Positions 49,976-63,697 of a stretch of 64,000 bases of DNA are shown here, piece after piece; the first letter of the stretch is position 1; every line of letters begins with the position of its first letter. A program made the translations under genes and the position numbers. Under the pieces are notes generated by a model that saw only the letters and a program-made list of their open reading frames with translations, was not told the origin of the DNA and did no database searches. Source of the stretch: Octopus bimaculoides (Eukaryota); NCBI RefSeq assembly GCF_001194135.2, contig NC_068988.1, positions 56,874,260 through 56,938,259 of the forward strand, given 5' to 3'.

Positions 49976-52900
49976 TATGCATGTGTGTGCGTGTTTGTGT
50001 CAGTATTTATCCGGCACCAGCACCAGCACCACCACCACTTGACAACCAGTGTTGGTGTGTTTACGACCCCTTACCATAGCAGTTTGGCGAATGAATAAAT
50101 ACAAGGCATTTTAAAAAAAAGTTCTGGGGCAGATTCATTGGACTAAAAATTCTTTAATGTGGTGCCCCAGCATGACCGCAGTCTAATGACTGAAACACGT
50201 AAAAAATTAAAAATACATATATATAATATGTATATGCATATACACCCACATATATACATAGCACATGTTTATATAATTATGTTGATTTATATACATAGTT
50301 CTGTGTGTGTTTTTAACAGTGAATTTGTGTGAATGCCAAAAAACTATCAGCCTAGATTTTCATTAAACTGAAGTAAACAGAAATAAATAATAAAAAAACA
50401 ACAACCGATAATAATTACAGAATATTAAAGATTATCATAAACCGAAACAGCAACTTTTCTCACAAAAAAATTTGTTTAAAAATATTGCAGAGAAAAAAAA
50501 AAATGTCTAAATAAACCATTAAACATTGTAACATTACAGAATGAATAATGATATTGAAATATATTCTTTTGTTGGCTGAAACCATTCACAGAGAGAAAGT
50601 AAGAATTCACTGAAACGACCGGAGTAATACTGAACCTTGCTACAGAATCCAGCTTAGTAGTGCCATAGAATGATACATACATATATACATACAGACATAC
50701 ATACATATAGACAATCAGAAATACCGACGTATACACACCTCTCACAGTCAATATGCAATCAAAATGGGAATACAGATTCTACAAGAAGCAGGAGAAGGTA
50801 TCAAATCTTCAGCATATAATGCTACTTTGTTTACCAATTCTGCATAGATGAATTCTCTGTTCCTGAATTAACATTTTAAGTTCTGTTCATTTGGCCGGAG
50901 GGAAAGAGAGAAGGGATGGACAGACTGATGGACGGATGAATGAATGGCCAAGGTCAGAGGAGACAGTGCAAACAATACTGACTGGCTACACTTCTTGAAA
51001 TTACAGCAATGAATGTCTGTTGATAAAAGTTTAGACAAAACAGCAAACTCCAGCATCAACATCATCATTGTTTAACTCAACTTTTCCATGCTTGCATGGG
51101 TCAGCTGGAATTTATTGAGGAAGATTTTCTATGCCAACCCTCATCTGTTTCCAAGGAAGGTAATATTTTCCTCGTGACCAAATGTTTTTCCATGGAAGAC
51201 TGGAAATGAACAATGTTGCTCATATGACAATGGTTTTCATTTACAACCATTAGGTGATGTCAGGACAGGGGTGCATACACATGTACACACACATATATTA
51301 TTTTTCTTATATATACATAAATATATACACACATACACACACTGACATGCTCACATAGGAGACTTCTTTCAGTGTCTGTCTATCAAACCTACTCACTCAC
51401 AAGACTTTGTCAGCAAGGGGCTATAGGAGAAGACAATAGCACAGGGTGCTGTAAAGTGAGACTGAACTCAAGATCAAGTGATTGGGAAGAAAGCTTCTTA
51501 ACCACACAACAACCACTTCTAAAAAATACAACAACAATCAAATCGTTTTAGTGAATAGGAGGGGAGGTTCTTAGCAGATGTTTAACAAGCTAAATCCTCT
51601 TCAAACAAGAAGCCTACCAACTGCAACATGGTCATGTAGACAATGTTGACCTAGATATCGTCATCATCATGGCTTAACATCCGCTTTCCATGCTGGCATG
51701 AGTTGGATTGTTTTACTGAGGACTAGGAAGTCAAGAAGCTATAAAAAAAAAAAAAAAATCAGTTCCATTTTTTTTAGTCATGAAGAAAGCCAAAGGCATG
51801 CCCATAACTTTTCACAGGGTCACTGAGAATGGTGGTGGTGGTGGTGGTGGTGGGGTATTGGGAGTTGGGCAGAAAAGGATATCCTCAAACCAGAAACCTG
51901 ATCCAAATACTTGGAATAGAGGGGATGCCAGTAAAGTCATCCAAGGTGCCAGGTAGTGGTTTCAAATCCAATGCAAGGTAAGTCTACCTCTCATGAAGGT
52001 CATAGCATGATTTGAACTCAAAGAGCTGGAACAAAAGCACCTGGTTTGAAGTTCTTAGAGTTCTTCCAGCCCCCTGCCATAGATTGGTATACTTTTATGA
52101 ACCTTGGAAAGATGAAAGGCAAAGGTGACCTCAGTGGGATTTGAAATTGGAATATAGAGTACAGAAAGTTTGATCAATTACTAAAAATCAAAGTGGACCA
52201 TCGACAAGGCCATGGCTGGAATGCCTTTCATTGTAAGTCTATTCAATCAGGGCTGAACTGGACCTAAAGAACAATAACAACCAAGAATCTTCTAACTTCT
52301 ATGCATTTCAATGTTGTGGGCATGCTGGAGTACTGTCTTGAAGAATTTCAGTTGAACGAATCATTTCCAGTACCTTTTCTTTTTTGTTTGAAGCTTCATA
52401 CTTATTATATTGGTCACTTTGGCTGAACTGCTAGGTTACAGGGATGTAAACAAACTAACACCAGTTGTCAAGTGCTGGTGAGGGACAAACACAAACACAG
52501 GCGTGCCCCCACGCACACATATACGACAAGCTTCTTTCAGTTTCTGTACCAAATCTACTCACAACGCATTGGTCGACACAAAGCTATAGACGAAGACACG
52601 TGCCCAAGGTACCACGCAGTAAGACTGAACCTGGTACCATGTGGTTGGGAAGCAAACATCTAACCACACAGTCACACCTGTACTTAAGTCAATAATTTGT
52701 TATGAACCTCCAGCATGACCAAAGCTTCTGGCTGAAATCAAATGACAGATAACAAAGATACCAAGAATCTGTCATCTATGGAACAGTATTGGAGATTGAT
52801 TAATGGAGAAAGGTATGGCTTCTGGTGCCACTGCATCATAGATTTTAAGCAGGTATCTTCTACTTTAACCTCAAGCAAACCAAACTTCTGGTTACTTTAG

Positions 52901-54299
52901 AGCTGAACAGGGCAGCCAAGTCAATGTTCCATTCATTTGATCAATATTGCTAATTTTCCATTCATTTCATTGTTGCTAACCTGCAAGTCAGAACTGTAAC
53001 TAGAATGAGCAGAACTATAACTAAACCCAACAAAGACATTCCATCTTCGACCATCCTGTCTTTTTTTTTTCCCCTCTCAAGTATACATTATCCAATGTGT
53101 CCTTTTGTTTTTGCATGGTGTAATTTGAGGGAGATTTGGTTGTTATTTTTACCAGGTCCACTCACCATGCTAAAGGTCACCTCAAAGGGGTATTCATCTG
53201 TGTTGCTTAGCCCCAGATGAATCTGGAGTGAGGAGGTCTATGATTAAAGCATTCCAGATATGACCATCCCATCATTCTCAAAATTTTTTGTTGCTTTACA
53301 TACAGAGTATCTAAACGATGTTATCCAATCTGTCTTTTCCTCTTTTGTGAAAAAAATAGTAAAGAATGATCTGAGGGAAATTTGGCTGTTCTTTCAAGTA
53401 GGTTGAGTAATCCATGTTGAGGCTCACACATCGGTATGTATATGTATACGTTTGTATGTATGTATGTGTGCGTGTATGTGTGAATGAATCTGTGTTTGGG
53501 GGGCAAACATACCTACATGGCAATACATGACATTTAATTGATGCTGTCAAATTAAGTATCCCTAATTAGTGCACTCTGCATTGCATCGTCATACATACTG
53601 GTTAAAAATAATTTTTTTATGGGTAAATAAAAACAACAACAACAATAATAATAATGATAATAATGACAGTGATGATGATTTCTGACATATTGATTTAATG
53701 TTCTTCTCTTAGATAAGAAACCATTTCCTTCTTAAAGAAGCTCATTACTATGTAACTGTACATAACAGTCTTCCCACCCCCTTACGCACATTCACAAACG
53801 CAGTCAAGCACACACACACAGAGCAAGGTTTACCCCCACCACAAACATAGATGTGTGTGTGTGTGTGTGGGTGTGTGCATAAACAAAATAATATCCCTTG
53901 TTAGAAAATTACGTGAAGAAGTTTGTGTTGATTCCCAGTTTCTAAATGAAGTGCCCTTAAAACAGTCAGCTCTTTCATTATCATGAAATCATAAAACTGG
54001 AAATGACCTGTTTGCCTCAACACCACCACCACCACCACTGCTATATATATAGTAGCTGTGGCAGTAGTAATGGTGGTGGTGGTGGTAGTAGTAACAGTAG
54101 CAGCAAGTTTTTGAAAGGAAGTTCATAAAAAATAGAAAGTTTAATTTGATGTTTACACATACCACACACACAAACACAAACACACACATTTATATATATG
54201 ACATTTTCCTACTTCCCCAAACATTCAAAGAGTGTGTAGGTGTGTGTGCATATGTCCATGAATGCGCACCACACACACATCTATAGCTATGTGGCTGAC

Positions 54300-54335
<36 letters not shown>

Positions 54336-54628
54336 GTGCACACACATTCATTCATACAAGTATCTGCATGAGTTTATTTATAGTAACCAGATACACGTTA
54401 ACTTAACAAGGTAAGAGCTTAATTAGACAAATTGAAGCGTTTACTCACTGAGAGTAGTGCTCCACAATTAATTTGAAATTAGTTAGGGGCTCTTAGAGAT
54501 CAATATCTATGTGAAATGAATGAATCTTAAATACACCCTTACAAAATTATTCACATGCACATGTGTGCGCACGTGTGTATGTATGTGGTGGCTACCTGTC
54601 ATAGGTTGACATTAACTGTTCTGTTTAG

Positions 54629-54975
54629 ATCAGGGTTCTCAATCATGTTTTTTTTCATCTATGGACCCCTTTGATTACTATTTTATTCTGGTGGACCCCC
54701 ATAGCTATTCAATGCCTAAAAACTAGTTTTATTGAAATTACTTTCAAAACCCCTATTTTGTTTTTCACACATTCACTTGTGTAGGTTGAACTATGTAAAA
54801 CGTTTGAGAAAGAAACCCAGCTGTTTCTTGCTATACATACCAATACATACATCTAAAGCAAAATTTTTTCAGGGGTCCTTAAAATACTATTTGTGGATCC
54901 CCAAATTTACTATTTTGTTGTGTGGACACCCAAAAATTTTACAATGGACCTTCAAGGGCCACATGGACACCTTGC
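54629..54975. mobile_element. hAT/Charlie-like MITE remnant
   Basis: Starts cagggttctcaatc...tctatggacccc and has repeated (t)ggacccc/ggacacc subterminal motifs. A related fragment lies at ~46660-46800. Confidence 0.45.
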
Positions 54976-55215
54976 ACGGTGAGTAAGGCAGTTGGTGTCA
55001 TTCTCCTGCCAGGCCTCCATGGTAGATACCAAGTGATGCACAAGAGTACAATGAATATGGTCAATGATGAGACTGCCCTGCAGTAACAGCTCACTTGCTA
55101 GCTAACACCCAACTATTGTTTGAAGGGACAGATCTTCCACTTGGCCAAAATAATCTTCAAGCCTTTGGTCTTGGACTCCTCCTCTACCTTGTTGGTTATC
55201 CAATATGCTGTAGCA

Positions 55216-55249
<34 letters not shown>

Positions 55250-55724
55250 GTCTAAGAATCCATAAGTCCTCCTGTATTTGTTGACAGAATGGTGTTGCTC
55301 TCTCCTTTCTTTGACATTACATGATAGTTGTAAGCTAGTGTCACTGTCATGAGAATGATGTCCTTTGTTTCCAAACTTTGGAGATATGTCTAATGTTGAG
55401 ATTATGGGCTTGGGAACACGGGATGCAAGTGCATCACCTAAAATTTTTTTGGGGTGCAAAATCAAATTTTGTACCCCTACTTATTTTTCTCAGGTTTAGA
55501 AAAATACTGTATAAAAAGTGGTCTGTAAAAAGTTGCTAGAAGTTTGGTTTCTTCTCAAAGAACAGAGAAAAATAAATAAATAAATAAAAGAACAGAATCT
55601 TGTTTGCAAAAATTCTGGACTTGGGTTTGCAACCCCTGAACAAATTTCATTCCTGAGTCAGTGGTTGAAGGATTGGTGACAGTAAGGGCATCTGACTGTA
55701 GAAAATCTGCTACAATGAACTCTG

Positions 55725-55830
55725 ACCAATACAAGCATGGCCCAATTCCATCCAACCAATACAAGCATGGACTAATTCCATCTGGCTAATACAAGCATGG
55801 GCCAATTCCATCTGGTCAGTACAAGCAAGG
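55725..55830. repeat. 30-bp tandem repeat (~3.5 copies)
   Basis: Unit ccaatacaagcatgg(c/g)ccaattccatc(c/t)(aa/gg). Confidence 0.8.
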
Positions 55831-56501
55831 ATAACAATGATGATATGTATGTTGTACTTGACTTAGCTTTTTTTTGTGTAAAGTTCCCATAACTTAGAAG
55901 TTCAGCAAAACAGAGCCAGACAGAATAAATATAAGATAAAAAAATTTTAAAAAAAGCAGTGGGTTTAATTTGACTGCCATGGGGACCCCCCCCCCCTATC
56001 CAATGGCTGCAACCCATTAAGTTATGAAAGAGTAAAAGAGCAGTATTCCACAAACTCTGGAAAAACAAAAAAAAAATTAAGTACTGAGGTAAATTTGATT
56101 AACTAAAAAAAAAAACAAAAAAAAACCCTATCATGTGGGTACTCCAAGAGTGGTCACAGCACAATATGCTAAACCAGTTATGAAAGAGTAAAAGAGTAGC
56201 ATTATACAAACTCTGGAATGGTGTTAGATATCAATGAACTCTTCAGAAAATCAAAAGTGATATTACTTTGGTCTGAAGCAGTTGTTGGATTTTCATTAGA
56301 GATTGATTCTTTCATGTCAGCCATGCGGACAGATTTAGTTTAACTTTGGTCTTGTTCTACAGGTTTATCCACAAAACAACCAGCTCACTCATTACTGCTC
56401 GGCATCGATTGATTGACTGAGTGATTGATTGAAACTAACCAGGAACAATAAATAATATATATACACATGAATACACAAACACACATATACATTATATATA
56501 C

Positions 56502-56545
<44 letters not shown>

Positions 56546-57673
56546 AATAATAAATCAGACTTGTCAATTAGAGTTAACTAGTAAGAATGTTCCATTGTGA
56601 ACCAATTTGGATAATGGTTACTATTTACCAATATAGTCACCAGACAGGAAAAAATAATTTTTAGTTTATCTACTACTACTACTACACCACCAACAACAAC
56701 AACGATGCCAACAGAAGCATGGAACTTGCAAACAAATAGGTAATTTTAGTTGTCATATTGAATGAGGTCTGATAAAGCTAAAAGTATTAATAAAGATATA
56801 AAGTGTATTTAAAAAAAAAAATAACCAACCCAATCCAAAACAGTGCTTGGGGGGAGGGGGCAGAGAGAGGGCTGGTAGCTACATATAGAGAGAATAGCCA
56901 GGAACTCTTGTTATTTTTCTGTTGGTTTCTCTCTTTAACAGATTGTGAATCAGATGGAAATCTATCAAAATGTCGAACTAACCAGATGGTAAAGGTGAAA
57001 AAGAACATGTAGGTGTTTGTTCATTTGTTTAACATCTGTTTTTTTAATGCTAGCATGGGTTTCATAAGGACACATTTGAAGCAGGGTTTTTATGGCCAGA
57101 TGCTCTTGCTGTCACCAACACTGAACTTCAAAATTAATATGCAAATGGTCGAGACATGCAAACCTTTAATTCAAAGACATGCAAACCTTTAATTCAATTC
57201 TCAGGCAGAATTAGCAGATCTCACAAAATGTGATAGTTTCTTTTGAGACATATTAGTTAATATATTAACCATTATTAATATACCAACCATTATTAACCTC
57301 ACCAGCACCAAACACGTTAGATCTGTGTCTTGTTATTGTTGACAAAACAAGTCAAGTTTCCAGTGTATTGAAACGGAACAGAAGTTTCTTGGTTGGCATT
57401 GCTAAAGACGTGTTGCGGGGATGAAAGGATGAGATCAAAGACTGCATATAGTGAAGGATAAAATTCTGTAGGGGTGTGTCTTTATTGTAAGATGTAGCTG
57501 ACTGTAATTATGACAGAGTTATGATGCTGTTATGATGGTAGTGATGAAGCTGTGATGAAAGTATGATGTAGTTACAATGAAGGTATGATACAATAATTAT
57601 GAAATTATGATGTATATATGTAATTATGAAGTTAGGTACAATATAATAATGTAGTTATGATGTAACAATGATG

Positions 57674-58598
57674 TATGAGGTGTGTTAAAAAAGTATTGGA
57701 CGTTTTAAATTTTGCACATTTCACAAATTTTATTTTGCTCACCTTCAGAATAATGCCCTTGGGAGTTTACACATGCCTCCCTGTGGTTGTGCCACTGCTG
57801 GTAACACCTATGGGACACCTTCTCTGAAATGTTATGATGTTCTGAAGTTGCTTTTCTCGTCATTTCCTCTCACAACTCAAATTGCTTCCCTTTCAACGTG
57901 GTTTGGAGAGGAACCAGAAGTTACACGGTATCAAGTTGGGAGAGCAGGGAGCCTGTCAAACATGTGATATGTTGTTCTTGACCAGGGAAGTTGGATCACA
58001 GAGTGTGTTCAAAAAGTATCTGACTTTATTTTTTTATCTGCTACTTTCCAGATGCACAAACCCTCCAATTACAATGGAATCAGCTGATCCTGTGCTTATT
58101 CCCATTTCATGAGTAATTTCCTGGATTGTTACATAACAGCCTTCCATGACTATTCACAGAACCTCCTCAATTGGCTCCTCATTTCAGTATGGGGATGGCC
58201 TGCCTGAGCAAGTTTCGCTCTCCACTGAGGAGCAGCCATTTTTGAAGCGGATTTACCACCTCTTGATTTGAGTTTTGCCCATGACATTTTCATCAAAGGC
58301 CTGCTGAAACTTCTGGGTGCTTTGAGCTCGAATCTCACCAGAGTTTTGGCAAAACTTGATGCAATATCTCTGCTCAATGCATTCAGTCACCTTTCGTGAA
58401 AATGAAAATCTGATGAGCATGCACTGCACGTCTGAATTCTAGGTGTAACAACCAGGAACTAATGTGGCCAACCAGCGCAAAAACTTTTATGCTTGTGCAG
58501 GAAGGGTGGTGTCACATTCCACCCAAAAGATTTTATCTATGAGGTATTAATTTTGGTGGGAAAAACAAAAGTAGAATCCTTTTTGAATGCACCTCATA
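57674..58598 (-). mobile_element. Internally deleted mariner element
   Basis: Ends tatgaggtgtgttaaaaaagtatt and aatcctttttgaatgcacctcata are inverted matches. Minus strand gives N-terminal EQRYCIKFC...IKRW*IRFKNG...SGRP...IQEITHEMGIS and C-terminal QAPCSPNLIPCNFWF (PYSPDLAPCDF-like). The catalytic core is missing. Confidence 0.85.
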
Positions 58599-59119
58599 GC
58601 TATGATGTTTATTAAGTTTTGATGTAGTAATATTGTAGTTATATTTTTTATGATGTCACACTTTGTCATATTTTCATGATCACATGATGTTTTTATGATG
58701 TTATGTTTTGATGGTGATATGATATTGTATTTTTATGATGTGATTATGATAAGTTATGCTGTATTTATGATAAAGATATGATGCAGTTATCCAAAATTAT
58801 AAGCTTCCTAAACAAACAGTACACATCTTGAAGATTCTGGACAGCGATAGAATATCAACTGGAATTCTTAAGATTTCCCTGTCTAACTTGACAACATTCT
58901 CCGGTGCCTGTTGAGATAGCTGATACTGGATACTATGACAACAACATCACCAAAGTCTAAGACAAAATAATTGTTTTTACTCAACATGGCTTCAATACAA
59001 CACAGAAAATTATGGAAGGAATTAAAATATTTATTGCCAAGAATGTTGTGATACACGTCAACCCAAACAAAACAGCAGAACTAATAAAGCTGATTTCTAA
59101 CTTTGGTACAAGACAATAT

Positions 59120-59233
<114 letters not shown>

Positions 59234-61726
59234 GAATAGAATAGAATATAGTTGATTAACATCTTTGATATTGACCTGCCTAAGACCACCAGGAGTTCTA
59301 TCATATGAAACTCATCATCATCATCACCATTTAAAGTCCATTTTCCATGCTGGGATGGGCTGGATGGTTTGACTGAAAACTGGTAAGCTGCACCAGGTTC
59401 CAATCTGATTTGGCACAGTTAATGCCAACCACTCCAAGAGTGTAGTGGGTGCTGTTTATGTGCCAGTTACAAAACACCAGCATCGGCCACAACTATAATC
59501 TCACTTCGCTTGATATGTCTCCTCAAGCACAGTATACTGCCAAATGACAGTCACTTGTCACTGCCTTCATGAGGCCCAAAGTTCAAAGGGTGCTTTTTAC
59601 ATGCCATCGGCACGGGTGCCAGTTCTGCAACACTGATACTGGTCAGTGTTCATCATCATCATTTTAATGTTCACTTCTCCATGCTTGCAGGAATCAGATG
59701 GAATTTACTGAGGCAGATCTTCCATGTCCAGATGTCCTCTCTGTTGACAACCCTTGCCTGCCAAATTCACTAACAAAGTTTCAATCATCCTGCTGCTATA
59801 GTAGAAGACACTTGCCCAAGGTGCCTTTCAGTGGGTCTGAACCAGAAACCATGTGGTTGTGAAGTAAGATTCTTACCACACAGCTATGCCTGTGCTTATA
59901 AATAAGAAAAACTGATATGGGTAAAAAAAAGCTTTTTAGTTCTGGTGCAGTCAACATCTCTAATGTCAGTGACATGACAAAAGGTACCCCAGTCTGAGAT
60001 GAGAAGGACATTTTCTAGCCATGCATAAAAAGAATAAGGAAAAAAGAAAGCCCTGATGAAAATCTCCCCCAAAACACAATGAATGGTAATTTTGTCTGTT
60101 GTTGCCATGTGAGTCATGTAGCAAAAAGACTGAAAATATGCACCAACATGTGACAGTCTGTGAGTTACTTATAACCAACACAAGCATGGATGGATGGATG
60201 GAAAGGTAGAAAGAAAGAAAGAGGGAGGAAAAGAAAGAGAGAAAGAAAGAAAAGGAAGAATGAGAAAGAAAGAAGGACAGAAAGAAAGCAAAAAGAAAAT
60301 GAAAAAAGGGAGGAAAGAAAGGATGAGAATGAAAGAAAAGAAGGAAATAAAGGGAGAATAAACGAATGACAGACAGAAAGAAAGAAAGACAAAAAGAAAG
60401 AGAGGAACAGAAAGAAAGAAAGAGTCCCCCCCCCACGTATCCGGATATGAAATGAATGATGATGACAGCAGCATATCATCAGAGAAATATGAGACTCCTC
60501 TAGAAGTCAGAAGGAGGTCTTTAGTTACCAAACATTATTCTATAAAGAGCCACATATGTAATATGATAGGCAACAGTTGCTGTTTGTGTTTGAACCTCTT
60601 CTCTTGCAAAGAGAAGAAATTAGGAAACCGCAAAAGAAAGGTTCTGCAGAAATTATGTCAAAAGACCATGCCTTGTTTTCTCTTTTTTTTTTTTTTTTTT
60701 GGTGGTGCTGGTCATGGTGGGGTTATAACCTCTTTGCTCTGGTGAGATCAAAACAGGTAATTAAAACTAATCTCACAACTCTCTCCTTATCAATTTGATT
60801 AGTCTTTTATTTGTATCTGGTTCCACCACGGTTAACCAATGTTGGAACATTGGTTTCAGATTCTGGCACAGGGCCAGCAATTTCGTGGGAAGGGAGGGAG
60901 TTTGTAAGGTGATTACATTGGGGCTCCAATGCTCAACTGAGGTCAACTTTGCTTTTCATCCTTTCTGAGTTGATAAATTAAGTACCAGCTGCATACTGGG
61001 GTTGATCTAATTGAATGGCCACCTCCCCCCAAATTTTGGGCCTTGTGCCTATAGTAAAAAAGATTATTATCATTATTATAAGGTGGTAAGCTGACAGAAT
61101 CGTTAGTGGTATTTCGTTGATCTTCATGTTCTGCGTTCAAATTCTGCCAAGGTCGACTTTGTCTTTCATCCTTTCAGCGTTGATAAATTTTACAGACCCC
61201 AAAACGATGAAGGGCAAAAAATCAACCCAGGTGACATTTGAAATCAGAATGTAAAGCAGAAAGAAATACTATCAAATATTTTGTCCAGCATGGTAAGGAT
61301 TCTGCCAGCTCAACACCTTAAACCTTAAAATATTGAAACTCACTCAAAAATACTGCACACACACACACACACACACGAGATAGAAAATATGAAAATTCGA
61401 TGTATCAGTAGATGCAGGCATGCTTATGTGGTTAACAATGCATGCCTGGTTATGTGGTTAACAAGCTTGCTTTGTAGCCATGAATCCCAGTTCAGTCCCA
61501 CCCTGGGCTGATAAATGCTTTGTGAGTGAATTTGGTAGAAGGAAACTTTGTGAAAGCCCATCATATATGTGTGTGTGTGTGTACGTGTGTGCACGTTTTC
61601 CCCGTCACACACTGCTTGACAACAGGTGTTTGTTTATGTCTTCATGACTTAGTGGTTCGATAAAAGGAACCGATAAAGTACCAGACTTAAAAGAATAAGT
61701 ACTGGAGTTGATCTGTTTGACTAAAC

Positions 61727-62074
61727 CAGAGGTCACCAAACTTTTTCAACCATCGCCCCCCCCCCCCNNNNNNNNNNNNNNNNNNNNNNNNNNNTTAGCC
61801 ACTTCTTCTGCATCGACCACCTTCCTCATTCAAAATATCTTAATACCCTACCCTACGCTACCTTATCTTAAAAGCGTACTGGATACTGATGCTGGCAATT
61901 AAAATGTTAGCTAAAATATACAGGTATGACGCTGACTAAGTGTTTCAAACAGCTTATCTGGATGAGCTGGTCTTTTGCATGCCGACCCCCATTCGACCCC
62001 TTGGCTAACATCGACCCCCTGTAATTCCTCACTGACTCCTAGGAGGTCTCTCAGACTCCCTTTGGCGACCTCTG
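61727..62074. mobile_element. Non-autonomous hAT element inserted into a SINE
   Basis: Termini CAGAGGTCACCAAA and TTTGGCGACCTCTG. Exact 8-bp TSD GACTAAAC at 61719-61726 and 62075-62082. Confidence 0.9.
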
Positions 62075-62437
62075 GACTAAACCCTTCGAGGCAGTGCCCC
62101 AGCATGGCAGCAGTCCAATGACTAAAATAAGAAAATGGAAAAAAAGAAAAAATACAAGATAAAATGGCCAACTCCTAATTTGTTTTTTTCCAAACATTTA
62201 CAATTCCATGTATTTCATTATATTTCTTGATATAAAACAAAATTAGTTGGATATGGATAGTCTCCTTGATCTTTGCAAGCTCTTTCAGAATGGAGAGCTA
62301 AATGTATCCAAGACCAAACCTGAACATGTGTAGTGATAAGTAGGGAAGCGACTGCAGGATCTAGTCTGAATACAAGCAACAATGAATTTCACTAAAGGAC
62401 TCTCAGATGCCATGTCCGGTCCTACATGACAATGATG

Positions 62438-63697
62438 TTAACAATCCTTTAGCATTTGTATTGGCAGAATCGTTAACACGCTGGGCAAAATGCTTAGTGG
62501 CATTTCGTTCATCTTTATGTTCTGAGTTCAAATTCCGCCGCGGTGATTTTATCTTTCATCCTTTCAGGGTCGATAAAATAAGTACCAGGTGAGTACTAGG
62601 GTCATTGTAATCAACTTGCCCCCACCCCTGAACTTGCTGGCCAAAATCTGAAACCATTATCTGGCCCAAATATTCTGCTTGTTTATATTCAAACTGACCA
62701 GATCCAGCCCCTTACACCTACCCTACATTGCCATTCTAGAATGTCTCTACATTCCATCTGTCTTTATATTCTGAGTTCAACTTCTGCCAAGGTTGACTTT
62801 TCCTTTCATCATTTTGGGGTCAATAAGATACATACCAGTTGAGCACTGGGGTTGATCTAATTGACTTACCTCTTCCCCTGAAATTACTGGCCTTGTGCCA
62901 AAATTTGAAACCAATATCTACCCCAAATATTCTGCCTGCTTTATGTTCAAACTGACTCAGATCCAGCCACTCACATCTATCCTACAATGTGGAGGCATGT
63001 GACTTAGTGGTTAGGGTGTTGGACTCATGATCAAAAGATTATGGTTTCAATTCCTGGGCCTGGCGATGTGTTGTGTTTATGAGCAAAACACTTCATTTCA
63101 CAATGCTCCAGTCCACTCAGTTGGGAAAACAAATGTATTCCAGTAATAGACTGGTGTCCCATCCAGGGGGTGGATATATACACCACAGAAACTGAGAAAT
63201 GGTCGCAATGAGTCTCCATGACACAAAAAAAAGTTAAGCTGATCTATCCTATAATGTCATGCTGAAAAGAAAAACAATTACATCATTGCGGAGATATACT
63301 TGCATAGCAACTGACCTGATCTGAGATCGTGTGCTGGAACGAAAACAATTGCAGCATGGAAGATGTTTATAAGCCATTTAAAATAACACACAAAAATTGT
63401 TAGATTCCCTTCAACATTTAAATTTAATTTGTCAAAATATTTTTGTCGCTTTGAGACCGCGACCTGTTCACTGACAAAGTTCTGAGCTGCATCTGAGAAA
63501 GTAACAGTTAGTTCATAATATATATGTACGTATGTATGTGTGCATGTGCGTGTACATGCGTATGAATGTGTGCATGCTTATACGCATGTATTACATCATT
63601 GACATCATGGAACTACAACAGAATGCACGATTAATTCAAAACAATGTGAATAAAATACATATATAAAACAGAGTAATCTGAATGCTAGAAGGGTTAA
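62438..63697. mobile_element. TTAA-flanked piggyBac-like MITE broken by nested insertions
   Basis: Left end ttaa(caat)cctttagcatt, right end aatgctagaaggg-ttaa. Nested SINEs carry visible TSDs (62975-90/63242-57 and 63277-88/63590-601). Confidence 0.55.
62991..63241 (+). mobile_element. tRNA-derived SINE, family C, with 16-bp TSD
   Basis: ggaggcatgtgacttagtggttagggtg head, ggtttcaattcc B box, tgagcaaaacactt core. Flanked by atctatccta(c/t)aatgt. Other copies include 15928-16222, 39078-39235 and 18190-18520 (minus strand). Confidence 0.85.

Noticed and set aside
53360-53430. Minus-strand MDYSTYLKEQPNFPQII as a possible GRK exon 2 (FP motif)
   Set aside because: Lacks KSKKW and FPH, and has no suitable splice sites.
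56020-56219. 43-bp direct repeat flanking ~115 bp, resembling a long TSD or mini-LTR
   Set aside because: Better explained as a tandem duplication of a SINE-B 3' end plus flank.
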